In this document: one piece after another, positions 38,295 to 51,283 of the stretch
How the letters are laid out: each line of letters starts with the position of its first letter
How positions within the stretch are numbered: position 1 is the first letter of the stretch
Source: Vicugna vicugna
Lineage: Eukaryota
DNA: 64,000 nucleotides
Direction of reading: 5' to 3'
Assembly (NCBI GenBank): GCA_013265495.1
Contig: MU058198.1
Span: 3,856,419-3,920,418 of the forward strand
Translations under genes and position numbers: made by a program
Notes under the pieces: model-generated
Databases searched by the model: none
Seen by the model: only the letters and a program-made list of their open reading frames with translations
Told to the model about the DNA's origin: nothing

Positions 38295-39420
38295 AAGATA
38301 ATGTCAAGAAAATGAGACGATAAGCCACAGACTGGGAGAAATTATCTGCAGAAGACACATCTGATAAAGGACTGTTACCCAAAATATACAAAGAACTCTT
38401 AAGAACCAACAATAAGAAAGCAAAGAACCTGGTTTAAAAAATAGGCCAAAAACCATAACAGATACCTCACCAAAGAGGATGGACAGATGGCTGATAAGCC
38501 CATGAAAAGATGCTCCATGTCATATGTCATCAGGGAAATGCAAATTAAAACAGTGAGATACCACCAAGCAACTACTAGAATGGCCAAACTCCAGAGCACT
38601 GACAGCAGCAAATGCTGGGAAGGGCGTGGAGCAGCAGGAACGCTCACACACTGCTGGCGGGGATGCAAAATGGTACAGCCACTCTGGAGGACAGTTTGGT
38701 GCTGTCTTACAAAAGTAAACATACTCTTACCATGCGATCTAGCAATCACAGCCCGCGGTCTTTACCCAAATACTCCTTGGTGTTTATGTCCACACAACAG
38801 CCTACACGTGGATATTTGTAAGGGCTGTATTCACAATTGCCAGAACCAGGAAGCAACCAAGACGTCCTTCAGTAGGTGAGTGGATAAACCTTGGGACACG
38901 CAGACAATGGGATAGTATTCGGTGCTAAAAAGAAATGAGCTATCAAGCCACGAAAAGACACGGAGGAATCTTAAACGCATCTTACTGAGCGAAAGAAGCC
39001 AATCTGAAAAGATTGTATGATTCCAACTATATAACATTCTGAAAAAGGCAAAACTATCTAAGTAAAAGGAACAGTCATTGTCAAGGTTTAGGGGAGAGGA
39101 ACAGATGAATAGGTGAAGCTCAGAGGATTTTTAAGGCAGTGAAGCTATTCTGCATGATACTATAAGGATGGATACGTGTCATTACTCGTTTGCCCAAACC
39201 CATAGAATGTACAGCACCAAGAGTGAACTGTAAACCATGGATTTGAGTGATAATGATGTGTCGATGGAAGTTCACCAGTTAGAACAAAGGTACCACTCTG
39301 GTGGAGGGGATGCTGCTAATGGGAAGGCTAGACACGTGTGGGGGCAGGAGGGTGTGGGAACTCTCTGGACCTTCCTCTCAATTTTGCTGTGAACCTAAAA
39401 CATTCTAAAAGTCTAGTAAA
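38295..39420 (+). mobile_element. L1 (L1MC/MB-type) ORF2 C-terminus and 3' UTR, sense
   Basis: ORF 38487-38879 (MKRCSMSYVIREMQIKTVRYH...CWRGCKMVQPLWRTVW) is the L1 ORF2 C-terminal Cys-rich region, followed by a typical 3' UTR. Confidence 0.9.
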
Positions 39421-40499
39421 CAATAACTGCAACCTCTTGGACCCCACACCTCCCCCATGTTATATTGTGAGTGAGCCGTTTCACGCTGCTTGCAGGAGTT
39501 AAAGAACAAACGAAGGGGGCCGGTAGTGAGGAGCAGATTGCAAGGTGCACAGTGCAAGTCCCTCGGGTCCGTCAGTGTGTCTCTGTGACCGTGTGTGGAG
39601 CTGCATTTGGGAATGTCAGAGTCTGCCACACCTGGGAATGTGAAGGGCAAGTCCATGTGACGGGCTGCTCTGAGCTCGCAGCGAGGGGCAGGGACTCAGG
39701 ACTGTGTGATGCTCACTCGTTGAGAAAAAGTCTTGTGTGGCCTCAACCTCAGTCTTAGAGCGGGGAATCACTCCCTATGGACCCTTCGAAACCCTGGTCT
39801 GGACCTGTCCCCCAGCCAAGATCTCACACACCCTCAGAGACCAAGTCCTTTGTGTGTGTGTGACAATGACTCCGTGTCCGTCGGGCTGCAGAATGCGGCT
39901 CTCAGACGGGTGTCCATTGGAATTCCGGAGGAGTCTGCTGGTAAGCACAGTTTCTCAGATGCTAACTCAGCGAATTATATAGGGGGCACAGAAATGCTCT
40001 TTTTTTTTTCTCTCACGAGAGTGCAGGTGGGTCCAACATTTCCAGGCACCTTTGGAGGAGAAATGTTGCTGTTCACAAGCAGTAGAGATGAACTGGTGTT
40101 TTAGCTGAACCTGCAGTGAACCAAATCATTACAGACCAGGGGAAGCATTTTACCCCAAACTCATGCAGTGGGCTGACCAAGCAAAATGCCCAACACCAGG
40201 TTCTTCAGAAATAAATCAGACCTATAACTGGGTGCGGAGAAGGCTGAGTAGCACCCACAGTGCCCTGCTCTGAGCTAAACTTCCCACACTTGGTTCTAAG
40301 GTGGGACACCCTCTCGACTGGGCACCTCTCTCTGGCTGGATGTGGCTGGACCACCATCCTTCCCCCATCACCTGTTACTTCTTCACAGGGTTACAACGAC
40401 TTTTAACAATTCCTCTGGAGATGTACTCCCCTTCCTGCAAGCCCCTGACATCTTCTAAGGGATCTAAGGCTATAAATATCAGATTACGTTTCTCACATG

Positions 40500-41075
40500 G
40501 GTAAAGCCCTCCAAAAGCGCGGACCGCATGCCTTCCAGCTTCCGGGCTTGGCGGGGAAGACGCTCCATCATCTGGCTCCTTCACGGACCAGGTCTTCTTT
40601 TGCTTTTCTCTCGCTCACTCTGCTCCATCACCTGCGCTGCTCTTGGTTCCGGAAGCACACTGAGCGGTATCCTTCCCTGGGGCCTTTGCCCTTGTGCTGA
40701 CCTCTTCCTAGAAAGCACTCCTCTCAAATCTCCCCTTGGGTGGCTTCACCTTGTCCCTCAGGTCACCTTCTCAGAGAGGCCTTCCCTGCCCAGCTAATCT
40801 CATGATTCCACCCCCCACCCCGAGTCACTCTCTCTTTGGGGTTTATTATTTTCAGGACATTTATCACTATTTAAAATTACCTTTTCCTTTTTACAGAAAT
40901 GTTGGTTTGGTTTATTTATTCGTTCACTGTAGGCCTCTCCCCACTGGTCTATATAACAGCCTTGAGATCCGGAACCTAGTCTGTTCCGTTCACTGATAAA
41001 TCCTACGTGCCCAGGACACTGCTTAATACAAAGCAGGCATCTCAGAAGACATCTGTTGAACAAAAGAATGAATCA
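40500..41075 (+). mobile_element. L2 3' end
   Basis: gtcaccttctcagagaggccttccctg...ctgttccgttcactgata...ctgttgaacaaaagaatgaat. Confidence 0.7.
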
Positions 41076-42061
41076 GAATGTGCACCGACAGCAGTTCAGG
41101 AACATCAGAAGAGGATGTTTATTTCTCCTTAACTCACTCATTCCTATGGTTCTTTTATTAGGAGCCGTGAGCCGTAATTGCTGTGCCCCCAAGTGCTTCG
41201 TCTTGCTCAGAGAGACCAAGTTTAGTTCAGGGTCCTCATTATCGGTGAATTCATTATCCAAATCCCTGCACCAGCGAGGTTGCACGGACAAGCCAGCAAA
41301 CTCCATCTTACCATGAATCCGTGCAGTCATGGCCCGACCGTTGTAAAACCAATCTCTGCTCCAACACCCCCTCTCAGCCCCACCCCACACCCCCACCCTG
41401 TTTCCTCCTCTGCAATTCACCATCTTTGCCGGACACCCTCTCTGTGAATGCCAGCTCCTGCCAACATGTGACCGTAAATGCAAAGAAGAAGCAAAAAAAA
41501 AAACAAAAAAACGATTGCAAAGTGAGATTGCATGTCTAGCAAAAGGCACAGGAATGCATGACATGGATGTGAGGGGTATTGGGGATCTGCTGGCGTGATG
41601 TGACATGCCACTTGTGCCAGGTGGCCAAGAGCCCGACAGAGGGGCACCAATTAACAATGGGAGAAGAGAAAACCGACAAGAGTGATGCTCTGATAGGCTT
41701 GCGATGATTTGAATATCAAAGGATTAAGAGAAGCCCTTGAGAAAATGATGACATGCACAAACAGCTTTTGCAAAAATGACCCACTTTGCAATCCTGCTAC
41801 GAAAGTCAGACTTTACAATCTGGCTGGGAAAGTGAACGATTTCCTATCGGACCACTGTGCGATTTGATCAGACAGAGGATGCCCTGCTCCCAACAAAAAT
41901 CCACATGGCTTACTATTTTGTTCATTTTAGCACATAGTTAGAAAAGATAAGACAAAATAAACATATTCTTTCGTTTTCAAGATAACGTTAGTAGCGCATC
42001 TTTGAACTTTATTATGTGCTGTGAAACAACGGTCCCTATCTTTAAATGGACTCATCTGAGG

Positions 42062-42225
42062 GCTGTGGTTCTCAAACTTAGCTGAAAAGTTGGACTCATC
42101 TGGGGAGTTTTGCAAACCCCAGATGCCCAGACTAAGTAAGAATCTCTGGGGGTAGAACTGAATCTCAGTATTTTCCAGTTACCCCCATAATTCCCATGTG
42201 CAGCCCATGTTGAGAACCACCATTT
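42062..42225. mobile_element. MER5-type MITE
   Basis: Inverted ends gtggttctcaa / ttgagaaccac. Confidence 0.7.
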
Positions 42226-43354
42226 TAAGATACTCTTATCCTCTGTAATGAAGCCCTGCTTTAAAACAGGCAACCCAAACATTCTTACAATCAGGGGGTT
42301 ACTTTAGCTTTTTTAAGTACTCCTGGGCACATACTTGATGTTTGTTCTTCTTTCTTGATTTCTCAAGGGAAATTCATTGTCATGGGGGCTTCATGGAAGA
42401 CATGTATCACTGGACTCAGAGCCTCGGTCTCCAGTGAGCCTTGGTTTTGAGCTCTGAGCTGGACTTCGGGGACCTGGCATTTGGTTACACTGTCTGGACT
42501 CAAGGCTGACATGGGGGCCAAGCTCTGGGCACTGGTTTGGCTGTATTTCTGGGCTGGACCAGATTCTGGGCACTGATGCTGGGCTGGGTGGGCGGGTTAG
42601 GAGAGTCCACTCCGACTCGGAGCACACTGCAGCTGTCCAGAGACCGCTCAGAAAGAATCCTTTGTCAGGATGGGTGGGGTCACAGCCGCCGAATTCTGCC
42701 CCCAAACCACCAGTGTGGGCCACTCACACTCTGCTTGTCTCCTGAAGACCACTGAGATGCTCTGCCAGCGGGACATCCTCCCATCAGAGGAGGGACAACC
42801 TGGGCACAGATGCCGCTTCTTCAGGGCCTCCTCTCAGGACTGCACCCTTGAGGGGGCTGGGCCTTGAAGGACACCCCCGCTTCCCCAAGTCTTTCTGGTC
42901 TGGGACCACTGTTCCCTGACTTGAGGCCAAAACTACTCAAAGCAGAGTTGTCTGTAGATGACCCAGGAAAGCTCTGTCTGGCCCTTTGCTGGAACTTGGC
43001 CCAGCAGGTGGTCCAGTCCTGTTCCTGCTGGGGTGAGGCGGCTTCGCAAGCTCCCTGCCCGGCTTAGCCCTGCCCAGGCGCACACGCATGCACACCCACA
43101 CACGCGGCTCTGCACACATGTAGAGATGCCGATGTGAGGGTGCGAGAGAGAAGACACGATCTCCAGCTTCCCCCTGATTTCCGCTCCCCACCCCAGCACC
43201 CGAAATAGAGTTAGTAGTGGCATTAATAGCTATCTCTTATTAACCTGCTTCTCAGTGCCCAGCGCTGTGTTGGTACTATGGAGGGGGGGATGTTTGCTAA
43301 GAGCTCAACCTCTAGGGTTAGACAGACTTTGACTTTATGCCTCAGCTTTCCCAT

Positions 43355-43516
43355 TATTTTTTAACTCTATTTTTTAATTGTTGGGGGGGTGTTTTGGAGG
43401 GGAGAAGTAATTAGGTTTGTTTATTTATTTATTTATTTTTAAAATAGAGGTACCGGGGATTGAACCTAGGACCTCACGCACGCTAGGCACGCACTCCACC
43501 CCTGAGCTATACCCCC
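43355..43516 (-). mobile_element. tRNA-Ala-derived SINE, long-tail type
   Basis: ggggattgaacctaggacctcacgcacgctaggcacgcactccacccctgagctataccccc preceded by aagtaattaggttt...(ttta)n tail. Confidence 0.88.
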
Positions 43517-46020
43517 AAGATGGGTGGATTGAACTAACACACACACGAACACACACAATAATTACCATGTGCTAGGCATCGTTCTAAAGCACTTGACAAA
43601 GATGAACCCCTTCTAATTCTCATCAAACCGCATGAGATTCTCTGAGTGTTCCCAGTTTACAGACAAGGAAACGGAGGCACATATAAATTAAATAACTTGC
43701 AGCTCATATGTGGCACACCCAGCCCACCCCATCCCAGGCAGTCTGGCTCCACAATCCATGCCCCTCACCCCACCCTACGACCAGCAGTAGTGCCCGCCTC
43801 GTGGGGTTGTAAGCAATACCCAGAGATTTCTGAACCTGCTGCCTGGCACAGAGGATGTCTGAACAAGCGACAGAGAACGTAATTATTTCTTTGAGAAATG
43901 CCAACAATCTGCAGAGTATGGATATTTTGTAGATGAGATCAAGGCTCAAGGGAAAAAAAAATAAGTCATCCCAGGTGGCCCAATGAGTGAGTCAGTAAGT
44001 GGCGGGACAGAGATTCAAACTCAGGCCCGAGGGCTCCAAGCTTTGTTCCCACCGCTGTACCACACGACCGCTCTGCTGGAGAAGCGGCAGCCTGTGTTTC
44101 CCCAGGTGGCAAGAATCTGACTTGCCTGTAAAAATTCCCAGCCAAGCAGCCTAATCCCCCATCTTGGCAGCTGACGGCCATTTCCCAGGATTGGGCTGGG
44201 TACCCACATTACTCGGAACTAAAAGGAAATACTCAGGATGGAGACTTAGTCTTGGAAGCTCCCCTTTCCCTGGAGATATGTGACGAGGGCTGTAAGAGTT
44301 AAAAACACAAACGCCCCATTTTCCGGGCTCCCTCCCCTCATGGCTGCCTCCCTTGCATGTCTGTAAGCCACTCAGGATCGTGCAGGTCCTTCAGCTTACC
44401 CCAACCCTAAGGAAGAGATGGAGCTGAACTTGACCCTTGTGCAACCCAACTCTCTAGTTATTCCAGAGACCCCAGTGCTGAAGGGACAGCAGACAAACTG
44501 CCACAACAGGCCCTCTGCCACCCACGGGCCTCCCTTCTGTTCCCCAAACTAACCAAGCTCATTTCCAACGCAGAGCCGGTGCACCTGCATTTCCCCGCTG
44601 CTGGAAAGCCCTTTCCCTGGCTCTTCACACAACTGGCTCCTCCCTTTATTCAGGTCTGAGCTCAGATGTCCCCGCCTCGGACCACCCTACCCCAAATCAC
44701 CCACCATCTCCCCCACCCAATGCATAGGCATCATCCGGTCACCCTGTGGGCGTCCTTCAAATCACAGTTAACGTGTTCATTTATTGACTAGCCTGTAGAT
44801 TCTCTTTGCCGGGGGGAGCAGAAGTTCTGAGGGCCAGAATCTTTTCTGTCTTGGTCACTAGTAAATGCCTAGGACTTAAAACAGCTCTGATACACTGTGG
44901 GTGTTTGATAAATCTGGAGGAAGGGAGGGAGGAAGGCAGGCAGGCAGGCAGGAAGGAAATGATTGGATCAATCAATCTTCACAGCCCAGTTCTCACAGCT
45001 GCCCTACCCCAGGATTGCATCACTTTATCACCTGTCACAGGTGACCACTGACTCTGTCCCCCGAGACCGGTCACCACTGATCCTTGAAACGCCCTGACCT
45101 ACTCAGAGTCCCCACATGAGTGTTTCTCTCATTCAGTCCGTCTCATCAGTTCACATGCTATTCCTGTCTGCCTGAAGCAACACACCTCCCTTACTCTGAT
45201 TAACTTTTAATTAACCTTCAGATCTCAGCTTAGACATGACTCCGCTCAACATTCCGTGAACAAAAATCACTCTACGAAGTTATCAAGTGAGAGAATTTTC
45301 AGTGATGAGGGACACACTTTTGCTTTTAATCTTACGCCTTCCTACATATACTGTTTGAATTTTCTAACCACGTACATATATTCTTTTAAAATTTAACAGG
45401 GATTAGCTGAATATGGTATAATGGGCTGCTTTTTATTTTCTTAAGTAATATTTGTCTGCTTTGAAAAAACATTCTAATACCGGTCCTTTTAAAACTGTCA
45501 GGATCACAATGACTTAATTATTGTCGCTTTATTTTATGGTTTAATGTCTTAAAAGAAGCCACCTTTCTGAGTTCTTTCATTCATGTTAATTTTATTTTTT
45601 TCTAGCAAATTGCCTTCAGCTTCCCAAATAGACTATTCTGTCACCTGGGAAAAAAATGAGCTTTTTACCTAATTTTTTTCTGTTGCTTATAACTCATAAT
45701 TCTGTTGCATTTCTTCTTGCACTGGAATTTGTAGAACCACGGTAAATAGTAGAGGCAACTGTGGGCATTCATATCTCATTCTTGATTTTAATGGGAATAT
45801 TTTTAGGAGTTGACCTTTGAGAAGGATTGTTGGCCTTTCTCGTGGGAAGGAAGTGTTCTTCCATTGTCTGAGCCAGAGATGAGCCATTAGCACCACCTTT
45901 CCTGCCCAGGATGAGGCTGTTGTCACCAAAGCCAGTCTCTGTAACGGTAATTCAGCACTTCAGGAAGTCTCTCCTGGCTCTACCTGCCGTTCCAAACCAC
46001 TTCCTGGGGTCCTGGGGTCC

Positions 46021-46129
46021 NNNNNNNNNNNNNNNNNNNNNNNNNNNNNNNNNNNNNNNNNNNNNNNNNNNNNNNNNNNNNNNNNNNNNNNNNNNNNNNN
46101 NNNNNNNNNNNNNNNNNNNNNNNNNNNNN
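46021..46129. other. Assembly gap (109 N) flanked by (CCTGGGGT)n units
   Basis: Run of N with cctggggtcctggggtcc on both sides. Confidence 0.99.
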
Positions 46130-47490
46130 CTGACCTACCTCCTGGGGTCCTGGGGTCCTGGGGTCCGTGGGTTCTCACAGCCCGTCTCTCCTACCTGCCC
46201 TCCCCTGGGTTCCCATCACCTCTCACCTGTAACCACTGGCTCTGTCCCCCAGACCAGCCACCACTGATCCTCCTCCTGGTTTACCACAGTCCTGCGTTCT
46301 GCTCCTCTCTGCCTCCGGGCCTTAGCTTCAACTGCGCTAGGACAGTGCTTTTCTCCGAATCCTACCTTCATCCCTGCAGGGTATGCGTTTTCAATATCTG
46401 TCTTGGTTCCATCCTCTGCGGCTCATGGGCAAGTCCAACCCCCGCCACCCTCTTTTGCTTAGATGTACTGCTATGGGGAAATACTCAAGGGAAAATGTGA
46501 GAAGAAAAACAGCATGATTCTCAATTATATAAAACCAGTTGTGTGTGAAAGCCTGGTGGGGGGAGGGGGGAGAAATCTGGAAGGAAAGATACAGAAATGC
46601 TAAATGGTGGTTATTTCTGGAAGCTAGCAATATGCTGCTTAGATGAATGGCCAAGTTCACTTTTTGATGAGTATATGACTTATGGTGCCAATGACTTCAC
46701 TTTCAGTGTGGAGTCTTCCTCTGGGAAATTCTTGATTCCCTTTCCTTTTATATTGCTTTTTAAAATCTTACCATGGCACCAATGGATCTCTTCTGGTCCT
46801 AAAATACCGACCCAAACCAACAGTAGTAATGGCTATAATTTACTGAGTTCTTACTACGCCAGGAGCTGTAAGCGCCTTACGTCATTGTCTGGTGAAAAGA
46901 GTTCTGTGGAAAGTCCTGAGTCGCTCGCCAGCCGCTGTAACTACTGTCACAGCCTCAGTTCATTCTCATGACAACCCCACGAAGTTGTTCTCTTCATCCT
47001 GGAGAAGAAACTGAGTTTTGGAGAAGTAATTCACTGTCAGTACCTCCAAGGATGGAACGAATGACGGGGACTTTGGCCAACTGGAGCGCTCACCCCCTGC
47101 CCTAAGGGAGCTGCTGATGCCTAGCGGTTAAGGATTATTTTCACATGAAAATGTGAGTCAGCGATCCCCGTTTTTAACGAGAAGCTGCAAATCAGGCTTT
47201 CGTGTCACAGATCCTGAATTTTAAATTGCAGCAACATACTTAAGTTTTTAACAATGCCATAAAACATGCACTAAAGCACTGCAGGTGAAAACCAGAACAA
47301 AATACACAAGCAAACAAAAACACCAAACAAAACATTCTGCAACCCAGACTTGCCCTAGACAAGCGTTATCTGCGTTAGAAGCGCCAGCCTGGATTACATC
47401 CTCCAGTCTCAGGAAGGCCCAGTCTCCTCTTCGCTTTCCGCTTTTGCCCTCCCAGAGTTTGTGCTGCTTCTCAAGACAGCAATCTTTAGA

Positions 47491-47780
47491 CCAGCAATCG
47501 GCAAAATTTTGTTTAGCTAGATAGTCAATATTTTTGGCTTTGCCGTCTCTGCTGCAACTACCCAGCTCTGCCAGTTTGGCATGAAAGTCATAAACAAATG
47601 GGCATGGTTATGTTTCAATATAATTTTATTTACGGACACAGAAATTTGAATTTCACTTTTTTTTTACATGTCATGCAACAATATTCTTTTGATTTTTTGC
47701 CCACCATCTACATATGCAAAAACCAGCTTTAGCTCATGGATTGTACAAAAACAGGTGGTGGGCCGCTTTAGACCGTTTAA
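47491..47780 (+). mobile_element. MER58-like hAT-Charlie MITE
   Basis: gatagtcaatatttttggctttg...gtctctgctgcaactacccagctctgcc...gtacaaaaacaggtggtgggccg. Confidence 0.75.
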
Positions 47781-49908
47781 AATTAGCGACTGTTTCTCCA
47801 GGAGCTACTGATGTTTGCTGGCTCCACGTCCTAGTTTCAAGCTGCCTTAAGCCACCTTAGGTAAGGCCCATTTCACAAGCAGATGCAGGCATGCGCGTAG
47901 TTCCCTGCTCCCACGTGGGTCTGACTGGTCTGTTTCAGCAGTGTTCGCGTTTAATCTTCAGCTGAACCGTTCTTTCCTACGAAGTCTTTCGTGGAGAATG
48001 TAAAACAGCCAATAGTAGGTGGTCCCACAACCGCTGTCCTTGCCCTGCCCGGGGGCCTCTGATGTATATCATGGAAAAAGCATAGTGAATGGAAAAGCCA
48101 ACTGGTCCAGTTCATTGCCACCAACGATAGCAGCGAATGGACCACGAAATTACCATAAAGCCACCTGGCAAAGGACTTTGCCTACAACTCTAGAATGGGT
48201 TGAAGAGAGTGCAGTTTCACACTAGTGGTTACGAACCTGGCTTTGGAGTCGGGCAGGCTTACGCTTGAGTGTGCCAATTCGGGCTGTGTCCTTGGGGAAA
48301 TCATTTGCTTCAGCTTTCCTCATCGGTAAAATAGGGCTCATCACACCAGATACCTCACCGGGCTGTCTTGCAAGCTAAAGAGGATAAAACATGCAAAGTG
48401 TTTAGAATGGCACGTGGTCTATGGTAAGTGCTTAATGTGTGCGACTTATCTTGATGTATTATCCAGCCAGCTGGAAGGGAATGGGGCTTAAAAACAAACA
48501 GGAATTTGTGAATGAAACTCTAAAAACGAAATAAGAAAAAATCAACGCCTTTTTTCAATAGCGAGGAAGGAGTTCTGAGTCTGCTTTTTTCCCAAGAGTT
48601 TCCTTGAGTCTTCAAGCCTTCTGTCCAACAGCACCCTCCCCCTTCTTGGTTCTGAGTCCATTCTTTGCCTGGTAAGCAGAGAATCAGAACCAAGACGATG
48701 GTCTCATATTGCACTGCATTTACTGCGAAATGCCTCTGGCTTGGAGCCTGCTTACTGTATGGGTTAAATACATGGCACTCATTATTATGAGATAATAATA
48801 GACCTGATAATAGTGCCAACCATTCATACTGCGATGGTAAAGCCCGGATTCAAATAATAATTTCTGAGCAGCTGTGACACCTCTATCTCCTCTGTGACTC
48901 TGCATTGTCTTCTCATCAAATGTGAGCATAACTGGTCCCTACCTCCTGCAGCAGTGGACAAGAGTAAATGGCAGAAGGAATGTCAGTGTCAGCTCTGCGC
49001 CTAGCCAACTGGAAACACTTTCAAAGTACTGACCGTGGTTATGCTGTGCCTAGAGCTTTGCAAAAATTACCTCATCTTCATATATGGCCTTATTTAATTC
49101 TTACAGTAATTGCTCCGACATATAAGCCCAGTTGGTTGTGAAGCTCAACCTTGTCTGCTGTCCATGACACCAGCCCTCCCCTCACCTCCATGCCGGCTCT
49201 GCAGGCAGGGACAAGAACAATAATGCACAATTTCATGCTGTGTTGTGATGCGAGGTTCTGAAATTGTTTGTCATTTATAAGAACAGGCAGAGCCTTTGGC
49301 TGCCCCAGAGATTGGTTAATTGGCTAGTTAACAAACACCCACAGCAATGATCAAAAACCCACAACGAGTTAAGTCAAGCTGATGTCGAAGAAAGGAAAGG
49401 AAAGAAAATGCTGACAGTTTGTTTTCCCATGATGCATCTGCCTGATTCCGTGCCTCCTGAAGGGGTGAGCCACGCAGCAGAGCGCAGCAAGCTGTGATCT
49501 GGGCGAGGGCAGCGGGGAAGGGGACCGCTCTGTGTCAGATATGAGCATTAGCGGGGAGAGTGGGTTACTCAGGAACCCACACCTGGGATCTGCCCCTAGG
49601 AGTCAGCAGATCTCGATTGGAATTCTGATGCTGCCACTTACCCGTGTGAGCACAAGCAAAATTCTTACAGCCAGTTTCCTCATCTGTAAAATGGGAATAT
49701 GAATGAATATATGTAAATTCCACTTCCTATCACCCCCACCTTCCCCTCACTCATTGGGAAAGTAAAGAAACAAGATAAGACGAGACATTTCTCATAGTGA
49801 ACGTTCATGCTTCAGAGCTCTTTGCCCTCCTGAGTAGATCTCAACATCTGGGAAGCAGAAAATACTAGTGTCCTGCTTTATTTTTTATCTTTTTTCCTTT
49901 ACTGGTCT

Positions 49909-50600
49909 TTTTTTTTTAATTGAAGCATAATTGTTGTACAATATTAGTTTCAGGTGTACAGCAAAGTATTTCAGTTATACATATACATACATACATATGT
50001 ATTTTTTCTTTTCAGATTCCTTTTCATTATATGCTATTACAAGAAATTGAATATAGTTCCCCATACTATCCAGCAGGTCCCTGTTGTTTACCTATTTGAT
50101 ATATATAGTGATGTGTGTCTGTTAATCCTTAACCCCTAATTTATCCCTCCCCACCCTTTCCCCTTTGGTAACCATAGTTTGTTTTCTATGTCAGTTAGTC
50201 TGTTTTTGGTTTTTAAATAGAATTTGTGTCTTTTTTTTAGATTCCACATAGAAGTAATATCATATGATATTTATCTTTCTCTGATGTACTTCACTCAATA
50301 TGATCATCTCTAGGTACATCCATGTGGCTGCAAATGGCATTATTTTATTCTTTTCTATGGCTGCATAGTATTCTTTTTTGTGTGTGTGTGTGTGTGTGTG
50401 TGTATACATATATATATATATCATATATTCTTTATCCAGTCATTGTTGATGGGCATTAGGTTGTTTCCATGTCTTGACCATTGTAAATAGTGCTGCTGTG
50501 AACATTGGGTTGTCTGTGTCTTTTCGAATTATAGTTTTTCCCAGACAATTGCCCAGGAATGGGATTGCTGGGTCATATGGTAAGTCTATTTTTCATTTTT
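49909..50600 (-). mobile_element. 5'-truncated L1, antisense, with intact 18-bp TSD
   Basis: Poly-T, then aattgaagcataattgttgtacaatattagtttcagg...gggattgctgggtcatatggtaagtctatt; TSD TTTTTCCTTTACTGGTCT at 49891-49908 and 50601-50618. Contains (TG)n(TA)n at ~50380-50421. Confidence 0.9.
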
Positions 50601-50780
50601 TTTTTCCTTTACTGGTCTCCTTTTTGGTGCCCCAAGAAAGCTGCTGATGGGCCAACCGAGGTGGAGCCCACAACCACCAGGAAGTATCTCCCCCATGGGG
50701 GTGAGGACCCAGGCTGGGCCCCAGGGGCTCTTTTCATTCCCACCCCACCCCCTGGCTCAGGGCCATGTTTGTTTCCACAG

Positions 50781-50864
50781 GGGCTTTCCGAGGTGTGTGC
50801 AAGAAAATCGATCACTTCCCTGAAGATGCTGACTATGAACAAGATACGGCTGAGTATCTCCTGC
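50781..50864 (+). CDS. CACNG3: CACNG3 coding exon 2 (84 bp, phase 1-1), first extracellular loop
   Basis: Acceptor gtttccacag|GG and donor CTGC|gtaagt. Translates (G)[27 protein letters not shown](R), the gamma-3 version of the TARP ECL1 motif; stargazin/CACNG2 has [29 protein letters not shown]. Confidence 0.97.
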
Positions 50865-51208
50865 GTAAGTTCCCCCTTCCTGGGTCTCTTCTGGGGGGAA
50901 AGGAGGCGGGGAGGTGCCCTGCTGTCTCCCAAATGCCTCTGAATTTGAGGCTCCCTAGAGCCCAGCCCCAGAAATGGATACATACAAAAGAGCTTCGGGA
51001 AAATCTTTGCTACTCGGCAGAGACATGCAGGTGTTTCTGATAACTGAGTCTCTTTAATGTCAATGAACTAGAAATAGGGAAAGAAAAAAAAAAAAGGAGG
51101 TGAGTCAAAACTCAAAAGTTCTTTTTAGTCTGTTTAGGAGAAAACCTAAGGAATTTTCTTCAACTTGAATACCAGCTTTTCACCTTCCCCAGAGGGTTGA
51201 TTTGAGTT

Positions 51209-51283
51209 GCCAATGGGTGAGGTGCTAATGGGCAAGGTGCTAAGGGGCGAGGTGCTAATGGGCGAGGTCCTAAGGGGCAAGTC
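51209..51283 (+). repeat. 15-bp minisatellite, about 5 units of GCTAA(T/G)GGGC(G/A)AGGT
   Basis: gccaatgggtgaggt|gctaatgggcaaggt|gctaaggggcgaggt|gctaatgggcgaggt|cctaaggggcaagtc. Confidence 0.9.

Larger units (their letters stand above)
1..50780 (+). other. CACNG3: Distal part of CACNG3 intron 1 (exon 1 is outside the window)
   Basis: No TARP N-terminal/TM1 coding sequence seen upstream of exon 2. Exon 2 starts in phase 1, so it needs an upstream coding exon. The region is repeat-dominated. Confidence 0.85.

Noticed and set aside
38487..38879. 130-aa ORF as a host gene
   Set aside because: It is a decayed L1 ORF2 C-terminus.
45911..46267. ORFs spanning the N run
   Set aside because: Artefacts of translating through the assembly gap.
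47840..47866. Recursive splice site TTAG|GTAAGG
   Set aside because: Poor polypyrimidine tract with an upstream AG; expected by chance in 50 kb.
6786..51107. Scattered AP-1 (TGAGTCA) sites as a regulatory array
   Set aside because: The count is within a small multiple of chance expectation for a 7-mer, and the sites are not clustered.
51209..51283. CRISPR-like array
   Set aside because: Contiguous tandem units with no unique spacers, in a eukaryotic context.
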